Below the pieces are notes generated by a model. It was given only the letters and a program-made list of their open reading frames with translations. It did not search any database and had not been told where the DNA came from. A program made the translations under genes and the position numbers. A stretch of 64,000 bases of DNA from Eledone cirrhosa (taxonomy: Eukaryota). Positions 1-10,324 of this stretch are shown piece by piece; within the stretch, counting starts at the first letter, position 1, and each line of letters starts with the position of its first letter. The stretch covers positions 238,204,001 to 238,268,000 of the forward strand of contig OZ024741.1 in the NCBI GenBank assembly GCA_964016885.1, read 5' to 3'.

Positions 1-2028
1 AGATGTATCATTACTAACAAACAGTGTTAGTATGATAACAGTTGTTGCTGATTGAACTGGAGTACCACCATCTTTCACTATAAACTGTAGGTCATATGTT
101 CCTGCATCATTTTGGTAAACTGTCCGAGAGAAAGATAAGACACCAGTGTGGGAGTTGACTGTAAACAGGTTTTTATCATTAGATCTCAGTATTCCATATG
201 TGAGGAAAGCATTGTTTCCAGTGTCTTTGTCAGAGGCTTTCAGAATTGTGATGTCTTTCTTACTGTGTGGATGGTAGTGGACATCTAGATTGTAAGGGTC
301 ATTAATAGGAAAGGTAAAATAGGGAGCATTATCATTTTTATCTAGAATCTCAATAACAATATTGGCAGTGTCATTCAGAGAAGGTGTTCCATTATCTTTG
401 ACTAAAACCTGGAAATTATAGATGTCTTTTACTTCCCGATCTATTGATTGTGATGTAGAAATGAATCCATATTTTGTAAGTTGGAAAGGAATGTTATCAT
501 TGTTGTTATCATTGATGATAGAATATGTGAGTTGACCTCCATCTTCAAGATCAGGGTCTGTAGCATTGATGAAGCCAATAGGAAAGTCAACTTTCTGGTT
601 TTCATAGGTGAGGAATTGGAATGTATCTTTGGTAAAATGTGGCTGTACATCATTGACATCAGTTACTTTCACTGAGAAATATTTCTTAGTTTCTAGTTGA
701 GGTGATCCCATGTCATGACATGCAATAGATACTTTATAGTGGTCCTTTATTTCTCTATCAAGATGTCCCTTAATAATCATTTTATATTCTTTAAAATCTA
801 TTTTGACAAGTTTAAATTTATCATGTTTTAAGTCACAGCTAACCTCACCATTAGGTCCAACATCAGTGTCAGTGACCATAACATAAGCTATAAAACTATC
901 TAGTTCACTGTCTTCTGAAACTGTTGTGGAACTTTCTGTTAAAGGTGATACAAAATCTATATTTATCAATGGAGCATTATTCTGGTTATTGATTATGTAA
1001 ATATGAACTGTAGTTACAGAACTTAACGAGGGATTTCCTTGATCTTGTACTTCAATATATAAATTGTAAGTCTGTTTCCTGCCTAAAGTAAAACTATCTT
1101 TTAAATATATTTCCCCATTTGTTTCTTTCAATAAAAAATGTTTTAGTGAATGAATGGAAGTTTTATGGTTGAAATGATAAGAAATCTTTCCGTTGTTTCC
1201 AGAATCTAAATCCGTGGCTTTTAAAGTAAGAATTGGTAAATGTCTTTGATGTGAATTTTTTATAGATATGTTGTAGACTTTCTGTGAAAATACAGGTGTG
1301 TTATCATTAACATCTGTCACATCTATGAGTACCTTGAGTGTAGCTGTTTGGGGAGGGTCCCCTCCATCTTTAGCTTCAAGTGTCAACATATATGATTTCT
1401 TTAGTTCCCTGTCTAATTTATCTTTTAGACTCAGTCCTGGAATGAGGATGCCATCATGTCGTTTTGTCATATACAAAGAAAATGGGTTTCTTTCCTGTGT
1501 CACTATTCTATATGTAATTTGTGAATTTATGGTGGTAATATCTCTATCTATGGCAAATGGAATTATCTTTCTCGTTCCTTTAAAACTGTCCTCAGCAAAT
1601 TGAACAGTGATTTTGTCAACAGAAAACTCTGGGGAATGGTCATTGATGTCTTCAATGATTATCTTGAGTTTTAACATCTTCATAAATGTTTTTCCTTTCC
1701 TCACTGCTACTTTAACAATTCTGGAACATTCCTTGTTATATGTACACAGTGACTCAGCATCTAGTGTCTGTGTAGTATATAGTTTTCCTGTGTTGGTGAC
1801 ATTGAATAAGTTAGAACCACTTGACACCGTCCTTTGTAGTTGTGTAAATGTAATGAGAGTGTGTTGTTGATGTGTAAGAGAGTGTGTTAAGTTAGAATCA
1901 ACAGCAATGTCTCCTATATAGGTGTGAGGACTGTCATTTTCATTGACATGGTATGTAATGTCAGCAGATACTATAACAGACTGTTGTAAATATAGTAAAC
2001 ACACCAGGTAAATGATATTTCCACTCAT
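1..2028 (-). CDS. Protocadherin P1, large exon, 3'-truncated by window edge (signal peptide, EC1-EC6)
   Basis: ATG at 2028 (MSGNIIYLVCLLYLQQ). Colinear with P5 with no net indel (same 2027-nt offset to the matching base). Motifs LCTYNKEC, DINDHSP, LDRE and DVNDNTP are present. Absent from the ORF track because its stop lies outside the window. Confidence 0.93.
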   Translation of the reverse strand, partial: MSGNIIYLVCLLYLQQSVIVSADITYHVNENDSPHTYIGDIAVDSNLTHSLTHQQHTLITFTQLQRTVSSGSNLFNVTNTGKLYTTQTLDAESLCTYNKECSRIVKVAVRKGKTFMKMLKLKIIIEDINDHSPEFSVDKITVQFAEDSFKGTRKIIPFAIDRDITTINSQITYRIVTQERNPFSLYMTKRHDGILIPGLSLKDKLDRELKKSYMLTLEAKDGGDPPQTATLKVLIDVTDVNDNTPVFSQKVYNISIKNSHQRHLPILTLKATDLDSGNNGKISYHFNHKTSIHSLKHFLLKETNGEIYLKDSFTLGRKQTYNLYIEVQDQGNPSLSSVTTVHIYIINNQNNAPLINIDFVSPLTESSTTVSEDSELDSFIAYVMVTDTDVGPNGEVSCDLKHDKFKLVKIDFKEYKMIIKGHLDREIKDHYKVSIACHDMGSPQLETKKYFSVKVTDVNDVQPHFTKDTFQFLTYENQKVDFPIGFINATDPDLEDGGQLTYSIINDNNNDNIPFQLTKYGFISTSQSIDREVKDIYNFQVLVKDNGTPSLNDTANIVIEILDKNDNAPYFTFPINDPYNLDVHYHPHSKKDITILKASDKDTGNNAFLTYGILRSNDKNLFTVNSHTGVLSFSRTVYQNDAGTYDLQFIVKDGGTPVQSATTVIILTLFVSNDTS

Positions 2029-2339
2029 GGCTGCAACTCTTCCTTCCTCATTACTGAATATTCCTATAAGTATAATAGCAATGTTTTATTATAAGTAGAG
2101 TGAAGCCATTTCCATGAAAATTTATTTGAAATAATACTTATTCACCAAGATATGGATTAAAACAATTTAAATATATTTTATTACCAATTTAATATAAATA
2201 CATCTATATCAATAAAATATTTTTACGCGTAAAATCAACATAAATAATTTGACTTTAGAGTTATCTCCCCTAGACGTTTTATTACTGCAATATTTTGTCG
2301 TTAGTATTTTTCCCACTAACTGTAAATATTAATGTGTAT

Positions 2340-3170
2340 GTTTTATGTATAATAGCCGAAATTTCGATAGCTCTTAACTCTTTTCTAATAAAAACAAAAC
2401 ACACTATTAAAAGGGAACAAAAAGAGAACGAAAAAAAAAGAAAAAGAAAGAAGGATCAAGCAACAAAAGAAAGGGAGAGGGGGAGGGACAGACACTACAC
2501 CCCAATCTGAGCGGTACCTGAGGCACGCCCCGCTTACAATATGGCAAAAGCATTACTGTAGAGAATGGCCAGAGACAACCACTGCAACAGCCACCTCACG
2601 GGGCTCCCTCATAAAGCGGGCCGCCGTCTTTTCGACTGTACAGAGAAAATCAGCAGTGCAGGGACCAAGTACACCAAAAGTCAGGACACAGTATTTGGTT
2701 GGTCAGGCCACTGTATTTGACTATCTCTCTCTTCTGCATTGCAGGCTGCAGAGCCCAGGTTTGTGGCAAAAGCTACAAGGATAGAGACAGAGAACATGTT
2801 GCTGCATATCGCATCCCCAATTAGGGATTTGTCCCCCTCAAAAAAGAAGCGAGTTAATCCATCAGAGCACTTGCCATCACCATGGTCGAGGCCAGCTGGC
2901 TCCAATTGTGATGAGAGACCAGCTGTATTGAGGCTCCTTCTAATGATGTCGTTCAAAGCAGTATGAAGGGGGAGCTATCCTGCACTAAAACAGCTAGATA
3001 ATGGGTGCAAACCAAACTCGTCGACCACTGCACTAAAACGGCATTTGTGTGACTCACACACATGGAGACAGAGATACTGTGCCTCTCCAATGTGGATGCA
3101 GTTCACATCGAGAAGGGTAACGGTTGATGAAGAGGGCACCAAATGGAGCCAAGTTCCACTATTTGGTTGT
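2340..3170 (-). mobile_element. Decayed 3' end of a CRE-like (RLE) non-LTR retrotransposon
   Basis: Translation NDIIRRSL..LEPAGLDHGDGK.SDGLT and downstream WLLQWLSLAIL.SNA match the C-terminal restriction-like endonuclease region of CRE-type elements. Stops and frameshifts present. Confidence 0.6.
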
Positions 3171-5394
3171 GAGATGGAAAGTACACAGGTGAGACGGCAA
3201 TGGTATGAGGAAGAAAGTATTATTCCTAAGTTAGTAATTTTATATTTGAATAGGCAATTGAAATAAATTTATCTTGTAAAGCACACTCAATGAAATTTAC
3301 CTGTATTATATTTTTGATATTGAGTTCTATATTAGTTAGAGACAACTCTCTTTTTCTCACACTATATCCAATGCTCCAACTATACTCAGAGCAAATTTTC
3401 TTCAGAGAAATTCTATGTGAAGTGTAAACATAAAAATGGAGCCTTACATTCTGAATATGATCAATGGAAAAACTTCAATCACCTGAAACTATACTCACAA
3501 TTTCAAGAATGAAATTTCTTTTCGGAGCGTTCAGACCTCTTTTGTATCTATACACTTCATGAATTTTCACCTCTACCCATTGTTGACACACATAATCAGT
3601 GCATAAATTCTTTCCTCCTTCCTTTATATTTTTTGGAAGGTGGGAAGCAGTCGGTTAATAGACTCTGTACTTGACTGGTATTTTATTTACTGTATATACA
3701 CATATATAAGCCAAGAAATATGTCACAAAAAACAAATCAATGGTAAAATGGGGTTTGACATATATTCAAAATCAATATTTTGTTGATTATCACCAATTTA
3801 AAAATTCTACATAAATGAGGTGAATATTACGCCGGTTTCACTTTCAAAGTGAATTTTGTATTTCCTATTGTTTTTGATGTTTTGAATGAACATGACCTTC
3901 AAAATGGTCAGAAATTGTTAAAAAAAAAAATAATCATTACGTAATGGAGTTGTGAAACAAAAACTATACTCTGAATGACACTTACTTTTTAAATATTAAA
4001 ATATTAAAACTTCATAAATATATTTTACAGTCATGAGAATTTCAAAACCGCACCATCTAAATGCGATGTGTTGATTATCTGCCTCAGCTTTTAAATGGGG
4101 TTTGGATTATATTCGAGTATATATTGTAAGCAACCCTGGAAGGGTAAAAGGCAAAAGTAACCATGGCGGGATTTGAACTCTGAACTTAAAGATCCAGAAC
4201 AAATAGCAATAAAAATAATTAACAGCACTATCCATCGTTATGTCCATAGAACCCACATGTCTATCCTGGTTAATATTCCTAACACCTAATCATTCTTTCA
4301 ATAACTTACTGCTACATTTTTCAAGCAAGTAACTGTACACATCCCTAAAATACTATTTTAATAATTTCATCGCTACCCTTGCTGGACTGCCACATTCAAT
4401 ACACCACAATGTCTCTCTACAATGCATCACCACATCATTTCATAGAGTCTCATTTTAACTTTTGCCATCTTTTTTGTTTTACCCTACCTATCAATCTTTC
4501 ACAACAATCTCTAGCACTAATTAGATCAACTAGATAGCAGAAAATATAAACTACCTCAAGTGAGTCATCTGATCAGTTCAAGGGATCTTCCAGTATTAAC
4601 TACTCCTATAACATCAGTGATGGGATGCCAGCTTTTAAAACATCCTACCGACACTATCCATCAAAAGACACTATCCCGTCAAAAAATGTTTCATTTATAT
4701 GGCACCATTGCCAATGAGAAGACACTACCAATACAACGTTCTCATCAATTTCAACAATGTAGATTCTCTTAAATGTTAATGTTGAAATATATAAAGCAGG
4801 GGAGAACAGTTCTTTATCTCTAGCTTTAATATATATCTTACATAATGACTGTTTTAACAAATACTGATTTATAAGAGAAATCATTACAATTCTGTAATAT
4901 ATCGATGTTTTACATTTCAGAATACCTAAACCATGTGATGTATTCAAGTGCTAATGAAATATTGTACTGATTTTATGAATTTTACATAATAAGGCAGATG
5001 TGTAAATGTTTCAAGTTTAACAAAATATCTATCTAATATTTCCTCGTATTTACAAATCAAATAACTGTGTTGTTAAGAAGTTTACTTCACAACCATGTGC
5101 TTCCAGATTCGATTCTATGGTACAGCACCTTCAGCAAGTGTCTTCTACTATAGCCAAATGATCTTTTTGCTTTGTGGGTGGAATTTGGTATTGAGAAACT
5201 ACAGAAGTCACTTGCGAGTTCATGTGCATGAGGATGGGTGTATATGCATGTGTATGTGTCCATGCCTCTGTATATAGTTTAAAAACTGCTGTTGTTTATG
5301 TTTTGATACCTTATGTCTCATACGCAAGCAGTTTGAAAAATAAAGATTGATAAACTGATTGTGGTTAAAACCAGTAAAAGAATAAAACAATAAA

Positions 5395-6065
5395 TAATAC
5401 TGGTTTATAATTTAGGCTCAAGGACAGTCATTTGGAGGGAGAGTAAAATTGATTACATCAACTTGATTGGTACTTTATTCTCTCCTCTTTGAAAAGATGG
5501 AAAAGTTAACCTTGGTGGGATTTGAACTCAAAACGTAAAGAGTTGTAATTAAATATTGCAAAGCATGTTGTCTGGTGTAGAAATTCTGCCAATCCAACAC
5601 TTGAAGTAATAACAGTTTCTAATTTAGGCACTAGGCTAGCAATTTTATGGGAGAGAAAGTTGATTTAATTGACTAGGTATATGCTGGTAAATTATTTCAC
5701 TGAACCTGGAAGGATAAAGGGCAAAATTGACCTTGATGGAATTTGAATTCAAAATTTAAAGAGCCAGACAAAATGCTTGTTAGAGGGTTGGATATAATGT
5801 TTTGCAAACATTTTGTCCAACAGTCTTAGGATTTGGCCAATCAACTTGTATGATAATAATTTCTACTTAAGGCACAAAGCTAGTAATTTGAGAGGAAGGG
5901 CAAAGTTGATTAAAATGACCCCAGTAATTGACTGGTACTTTATATTGTTGAGCCCAGAAGGATGAAAGGCAAAGCTGACCACAGTGGAATTTGAATTCAA
6001 AACATAAAAGGTTGTAACTATATTCTGAAAAGCATTTTGTCTGATGTTCTACTTATATTATCGAT
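5395..6065 (-). repeat. Three tandem degenerate copies of a ~210-250 bp tRNA-derived CORE-like SINE
   Basis: The motif gaaaggatgaaaggcaaag..gacc..ggaatttgaa(c/t)tcaaaa repeats three times. Same family as 39222-39404. Further fragments near 3630-3690, 4130-4200 and 6490-6600. Confidence 0.7.
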
Positions 6066-7969
6066 TTACTTGCATAATAACATTCCCATATCAAAGATAG
6101 AATTAAAAGATACAAAATAATGAATTCTAGAAATAAATTAAAATGAAATATAAAATCCAAACACCAAGTTGCAATAACATAGAGTTATTGATGTGGTCGC
6201 TGTTGTTATTGTTGCAATGAAATAGTTATTGTTGTTGCAATAACAATGTTGTAATAACAGAGATATTGAGGTTGTTGGTGCAATGATTGTGTCAGCATGT
6301 TGTAATAACACAAGTTATTGATATTGTAGTTGTGGCAACATTTTTGTCTATACATTGACACTAAACAATTACTAACAATCATAAATATAAAACAAGAATT
6401 TTCATATATCAAAGAGGAACATTGAATACAGAACAATGATATTGTCACGTGTAGTCATTAAAACATGGTAAATTGAGCAAATTAAATGGCTCATAGTGTT
6501 TTTTCTGGTTCTCTGCACTATGAGTTCAAATCCCTCTATGATCTCTCATCTTTTCAGGGTTGATAAATAAAGTACCAGTCAAGAATGGTGGATTGACAGA
6601 TTTTTTTTTTAGAGCTACAAAGGAAATGCCTTGTGGTATTTGTTTCGGCACTGTGCATTCTAATCCAACACTCTATTATATAATGACATGCTAAGAGTGG
6701 GGCCCCTGTAAATAGCACACAAGAATCATCTGGATTGGTACCACAAGGGTTAAAGTATAATTAAAATTAAATATCAGTACCAGCAAAAATATAAGCTGAA
6801 GTGTTCACCAATTGACACTAAAAGGAGATAAGTCTCATGAAACAATGCCCATTAGAACATCATCCAAAATAATTTAATTCTTATAGGCAAGAAAATACAA
6901 CAGAAAATGGCACATAAAACATTGATTTATATCATATCATAAATTATTTCTTGTTTAATTTTCTATCATACACTGTGTTCCACCATTTTGTATGTAAATC
7001 TTTTTTTTATAATCAACTGTGGTGAAATGAGATATTTCTTCTTGTTGTTAAGGTTGTAATTCAACTATCCAATTTAATAATAATGTATCTATGGGGTTAT
7101 ATATTTATTTTCTTGAGCATAACCTTGTATAAAATCTCTCACTTGCTATTTATTTTTTCTTTCTCACTCTTATGACTTTAATAACAAATCTTCTCTCCTG
7201 TTCCTCATAGAAGCTCTGCTAAGAGAGAAAGAGACAGAAGGAGAAAGAGAAATGGACTGAACACGAGGGAGAGAGATAATGCATAATAGAATATGATTTT
7301 CATGACTAGCGAAAGAGAGAAAAGGGGAAGAGATAGATAAATAGACAGATAGATAGATAGAGAGAGGGAAGGAGACTAAAGAAAGAAGAGAAACAAAGAA
7401 AAAAAATATTAGAAAGGGAAATCGAGAGATATAGAGAAAGTGAGACACATATCCAGAGAGACAGAGAGAGATTCAGGGAAAGAGAATTAGAGTAAAAGAG
7501 GAACAGTGGAAATAATTCCCTAATGGTGTACATTTAGAAGGATTTCAATGATCAGTTAGTTATCCATCTATCTAGGAAACCTCTTCATGCTTCCACTTCA
7601 ATTCATCCTTTGGTGGGGCTTTAAATTTCATAGAATGTTTGGCTATTCCTTCATATAAGTGATGCACATATTTAATATATATGTAAATCACCATCAATTT
7701 TGATGGTACGGACTAGTTTGCATATATTGACCTATACAAAGAAGATTGTCTATTAAAGAAATCATATAAACCAATATATCAGAAACACAATCTTGAAACT
7801 TAAATATACACTACAGAAGATTAATAAATATTTTCCGAAATTAGAATTCTCTATTTAAACTACATTATAAAGATATTAATAAAATATTTTAGAACAATAT
7901 TTATAAGACATATATTGGTTGTTGACAATTTTGTGTGTTACATGGGGGTATAAAAATGTTTTAGAGGTA

Positions 7970-7973
7970 GCTG

Positions 7974-8005
<32 letters not shown>

Positions 8006-8008
8006 TTG

Positions 8009-8058
<50 letters not shown>

Positions 8059-8089
8059 CACACACACATACATACATACATATATATAG

Positions 8090-8122
<33 letters not shown>

Positions 8123-8268
8123 CACATATATATATACACACACACATAACATTTCAGACATTTTAGATATAACTTTACCCAGTGATTCTATACATATACA
8201 CAATATATATATATATATATATATATAGATAGATATATATATATATATAAATCTTAAAATGAAAATGG

Positions 8269-8305
<37 letters not shown>
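7970..8305. repeat. Compound microsatellite (TAC)n/(TA)n/(CA)n/(GA)n
   Basis: Directly visible simple repeats. Confidence 0.95.
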
Positions 8306-8308
<3 letters not shown>

Positions 8309-8315
8309 GACATAC

Positions 8316-8680
8316 CTGCATTGTTTAATCCTTTTCCGTAGTTGTGTGATGGATGATGCGTATCCAGTTGAAGTGTTCCACTGTAACTGCTGCTACTGTT
8401 ATGGTGGTGTTATAGTGAGTGTAACTGCTGCTACTTTTAGAGTGGTGTGGTAATGTAACTACTACTGAATAATTTTACTCTTACTGCTAATTTAGTATTG
8501 TTCCAATAACATTCCTGTTATGTAGTGTTCTAGTGTGACTGCTAATGCAGTAGTGTGACAGTAACTATATGTAGTAGGAGGTGGGATATAAGCCAGATGG
8601 TGTTGGGGTGATAGTTACAACACTATGTCTTCCACACACACAATAGTGTGTATCAGGAACAAAGAAAAAAGCTATCAGCC
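8316..8680 (-). other. Putative 5' leader exon of P1 (donor after 8316; splices to acceptor at 2063)
   Basis: Block conserved once per repeat unit, ending AACAATGCAG|GTATG. Acceptor cttatag|G lies 35 nt upstream of the P1 ATG. The 5' boundary is approximate. Confidence 0.7.
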
Positions 8681-8745
8681 TCACTTTGAATATTGAAAGA
8701 AATATATAAAATTTCTCTCATCCAATAGGAAATTACTGCAATGTT
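8671..8745 (-). promoter_or_regulatory. Conserved promoter-like block of P1 (CCAAT box plus TATA-like element)
   Basis: gctatcagcctcactttgaatattgaaagaaatatataaaa..ccaatag.aaattactgca is nearly invariant upstream of every leader exon. Confidence 0.6.
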
Positions 8746-9681
8746 GTCTATCACACAAACACATGGAATAATACAATTCATGTGAAAGTGAAGCAGCTTG
8801 ATAATTTACATATGGTAACATCATATGTAAATTATATTTAGTATTAATAAACAACTGATTTATATTTAAAAAATACAAACTTGAGAATTTTATTTTGTGT
8901 TATTAATAAATATATAACTCCTGTGCTATTTCTATTAGCAAAATTTAAAATTTAGTATAGATTGCTATTGTGTTTCATTATTGAAGGATATAAGTATATA
9001 TTATATAACAAAATAAACCAAATAAATTGTGAAAATAAAGATATCTAAAATGAAATTTAAAAAAAATAAATAAAGGGATTTTTGAAAACATTCTAATTTA
9101 ATGGCTATTGTGTTTAAAAAATATATAAATAAAAAAAGGGATTAAAAAAAACATTCTAATTTAATAACTATTATGAACTTCAGAAAGTATTAAACATCTG
9201 AATTTCCAAATTTAACAAAACAACTATCTTATTTTCAGTGCATTTACTTCTATACTGAAAGCTGTGAGAACCATCAATTATCCTTGATAAAATTAATTCT
9301 ACATTTAATGTAAAAGAGAAAGCAGTGGAAGTGGTAGCTAGTTAAATTGGTATCTCACTAAAAGTAAAACAATAAAAAGATGTTTATCGTAGAACTGGTA
9401 TTTAACTAAATGACAGCATAACCAATATTCTAAGACAACTGTGTTGTGGGAAATGTGTATAAAAACTTATAGTATAGTAACTATTTAATTCTATACAACT
9501 GTATATGTAATATCTAATGTATCAGATGTAAATTCAGGGTCATGATATATGTAATTGCAAATAAGTTTGTTGTGTGTGATGTTTAAAAGAAATACAGAGT
9601 TGATATTTTTATATCAATATAAATTATTCTATAACATTTGGTGTGTGAGAGAATCATTTAACAATAGTGATGAGACATCTA

Positions 9682-9761
9682 CTACGTTGGCTGTAGATAG
9701 GTATCTTGTACTTGTTGTCCCTTTTGTATTGTGACTGGAACTGGATTGTCATTGGTATATT
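9682..9761 (-). CDS. Protocadherin P2 terminal coding exon (EYTNDNPVPVTIQKGQQVQDTYLQPT*)
   Basis: Acceptor tattttccag|AA. Phase 1 matches the preceding exon. TAG at 9684-9682. Conserved in six copies. Confidence 0.8.
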
Positions 9762-9919
9762 CTGGAAAATATAAAATATAGAAATAGAATTATATTTCAA
9801 TATAACAACACTGTAAAGATATAAACATTGATGTTATATTACACTAACTATAACATTACATAATGTCTTACAGTAATTAAGGGAATTATATTTCTATGTT
9901 ATGTTTAGATAAAAGTTAC

Positions 9920-10067
9920 CTGGTTGTGCAGATATCTCTTCATATGGTTTAGTCTTGCCAATACTCTTGTAACCTTCTCTGCTTTTTTGTGATGTTAAGG
10001 TGTCACTGTTGTAGTTAGACATGCTGAGACTGCTGCGACCTTCATGACTATGGATTGAATCACATCT
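9920..10067 (-). CDS. Protocadherin P2 cytoplasmic exon, 148 nt (RCDSIHSHEG...KPYEEISAQP)
   Basis: atccacag|AGA acceptor and CCAG|GTAACT donor. Open in phase 0. Same length in all six complete copies. Confidence 0.85.
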
Positions 10068-10324
10068 CTGTGGATTATAAAAGGGGGATGATGATGAATA
10101 TAGAGTGATATTAACTAAATAATATTCTATATTTACTTTCTGGAGTATTCTTCCTAATAATGAAAAAATTACATCTCTAAAGATTGGAAAACAAGGCAGA
10201 ATGAATCATGATGTTAACTGGAATAAATCCTTAGTACGACACAAGAAATAAATTTAGGAATAGATGGTAATTATAGGATGAAAAGATAAAATCAATAACA
10301 GCAATATCAAAAAATAATATTTAC

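Noticed and set aside
441-1870. Short ORFs overlapping or antisense to the Pcdh exons, recurring in every copy (MSMMYSHILPK..., MERNVIIV..., MLSLTSVT...)
   Set aside because: These are shadow frames of the duplicated coding sequence. Their recurrence reflects paralogy and their lengths vary between copies.
7876-8228. ORFs rich in YI/CV/HT or poly-M/S, also near 55061-55392 and 57773-59655
   Set aside because: These are translations of microsatellites and SINE tails.
8316-8680. Leader block read as an additional 3' coding exon of the upstream gene
   Set aside because: It lies beyond the stop codon, shows no conserved AG acceptor or reading frame, and is preceded by CCAAT/TATA-like motifs.
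9682-10067. Vertebrate-style shared constant exons
   Set aside because: Each complete paralog has its own copy of both tail exons. A shared exon outside the window cannot be excluded, but the terminal exon has its own stop.
10307-10324. ORF-track C-termini (VNIIF*, VNICFQQF*, VNIILDLMMALRWT*) as the true protein ends
   Set aside because: Similarity collapses just after a conserved CAG|GTAAAT donor, and in-phase downstream exons exist.
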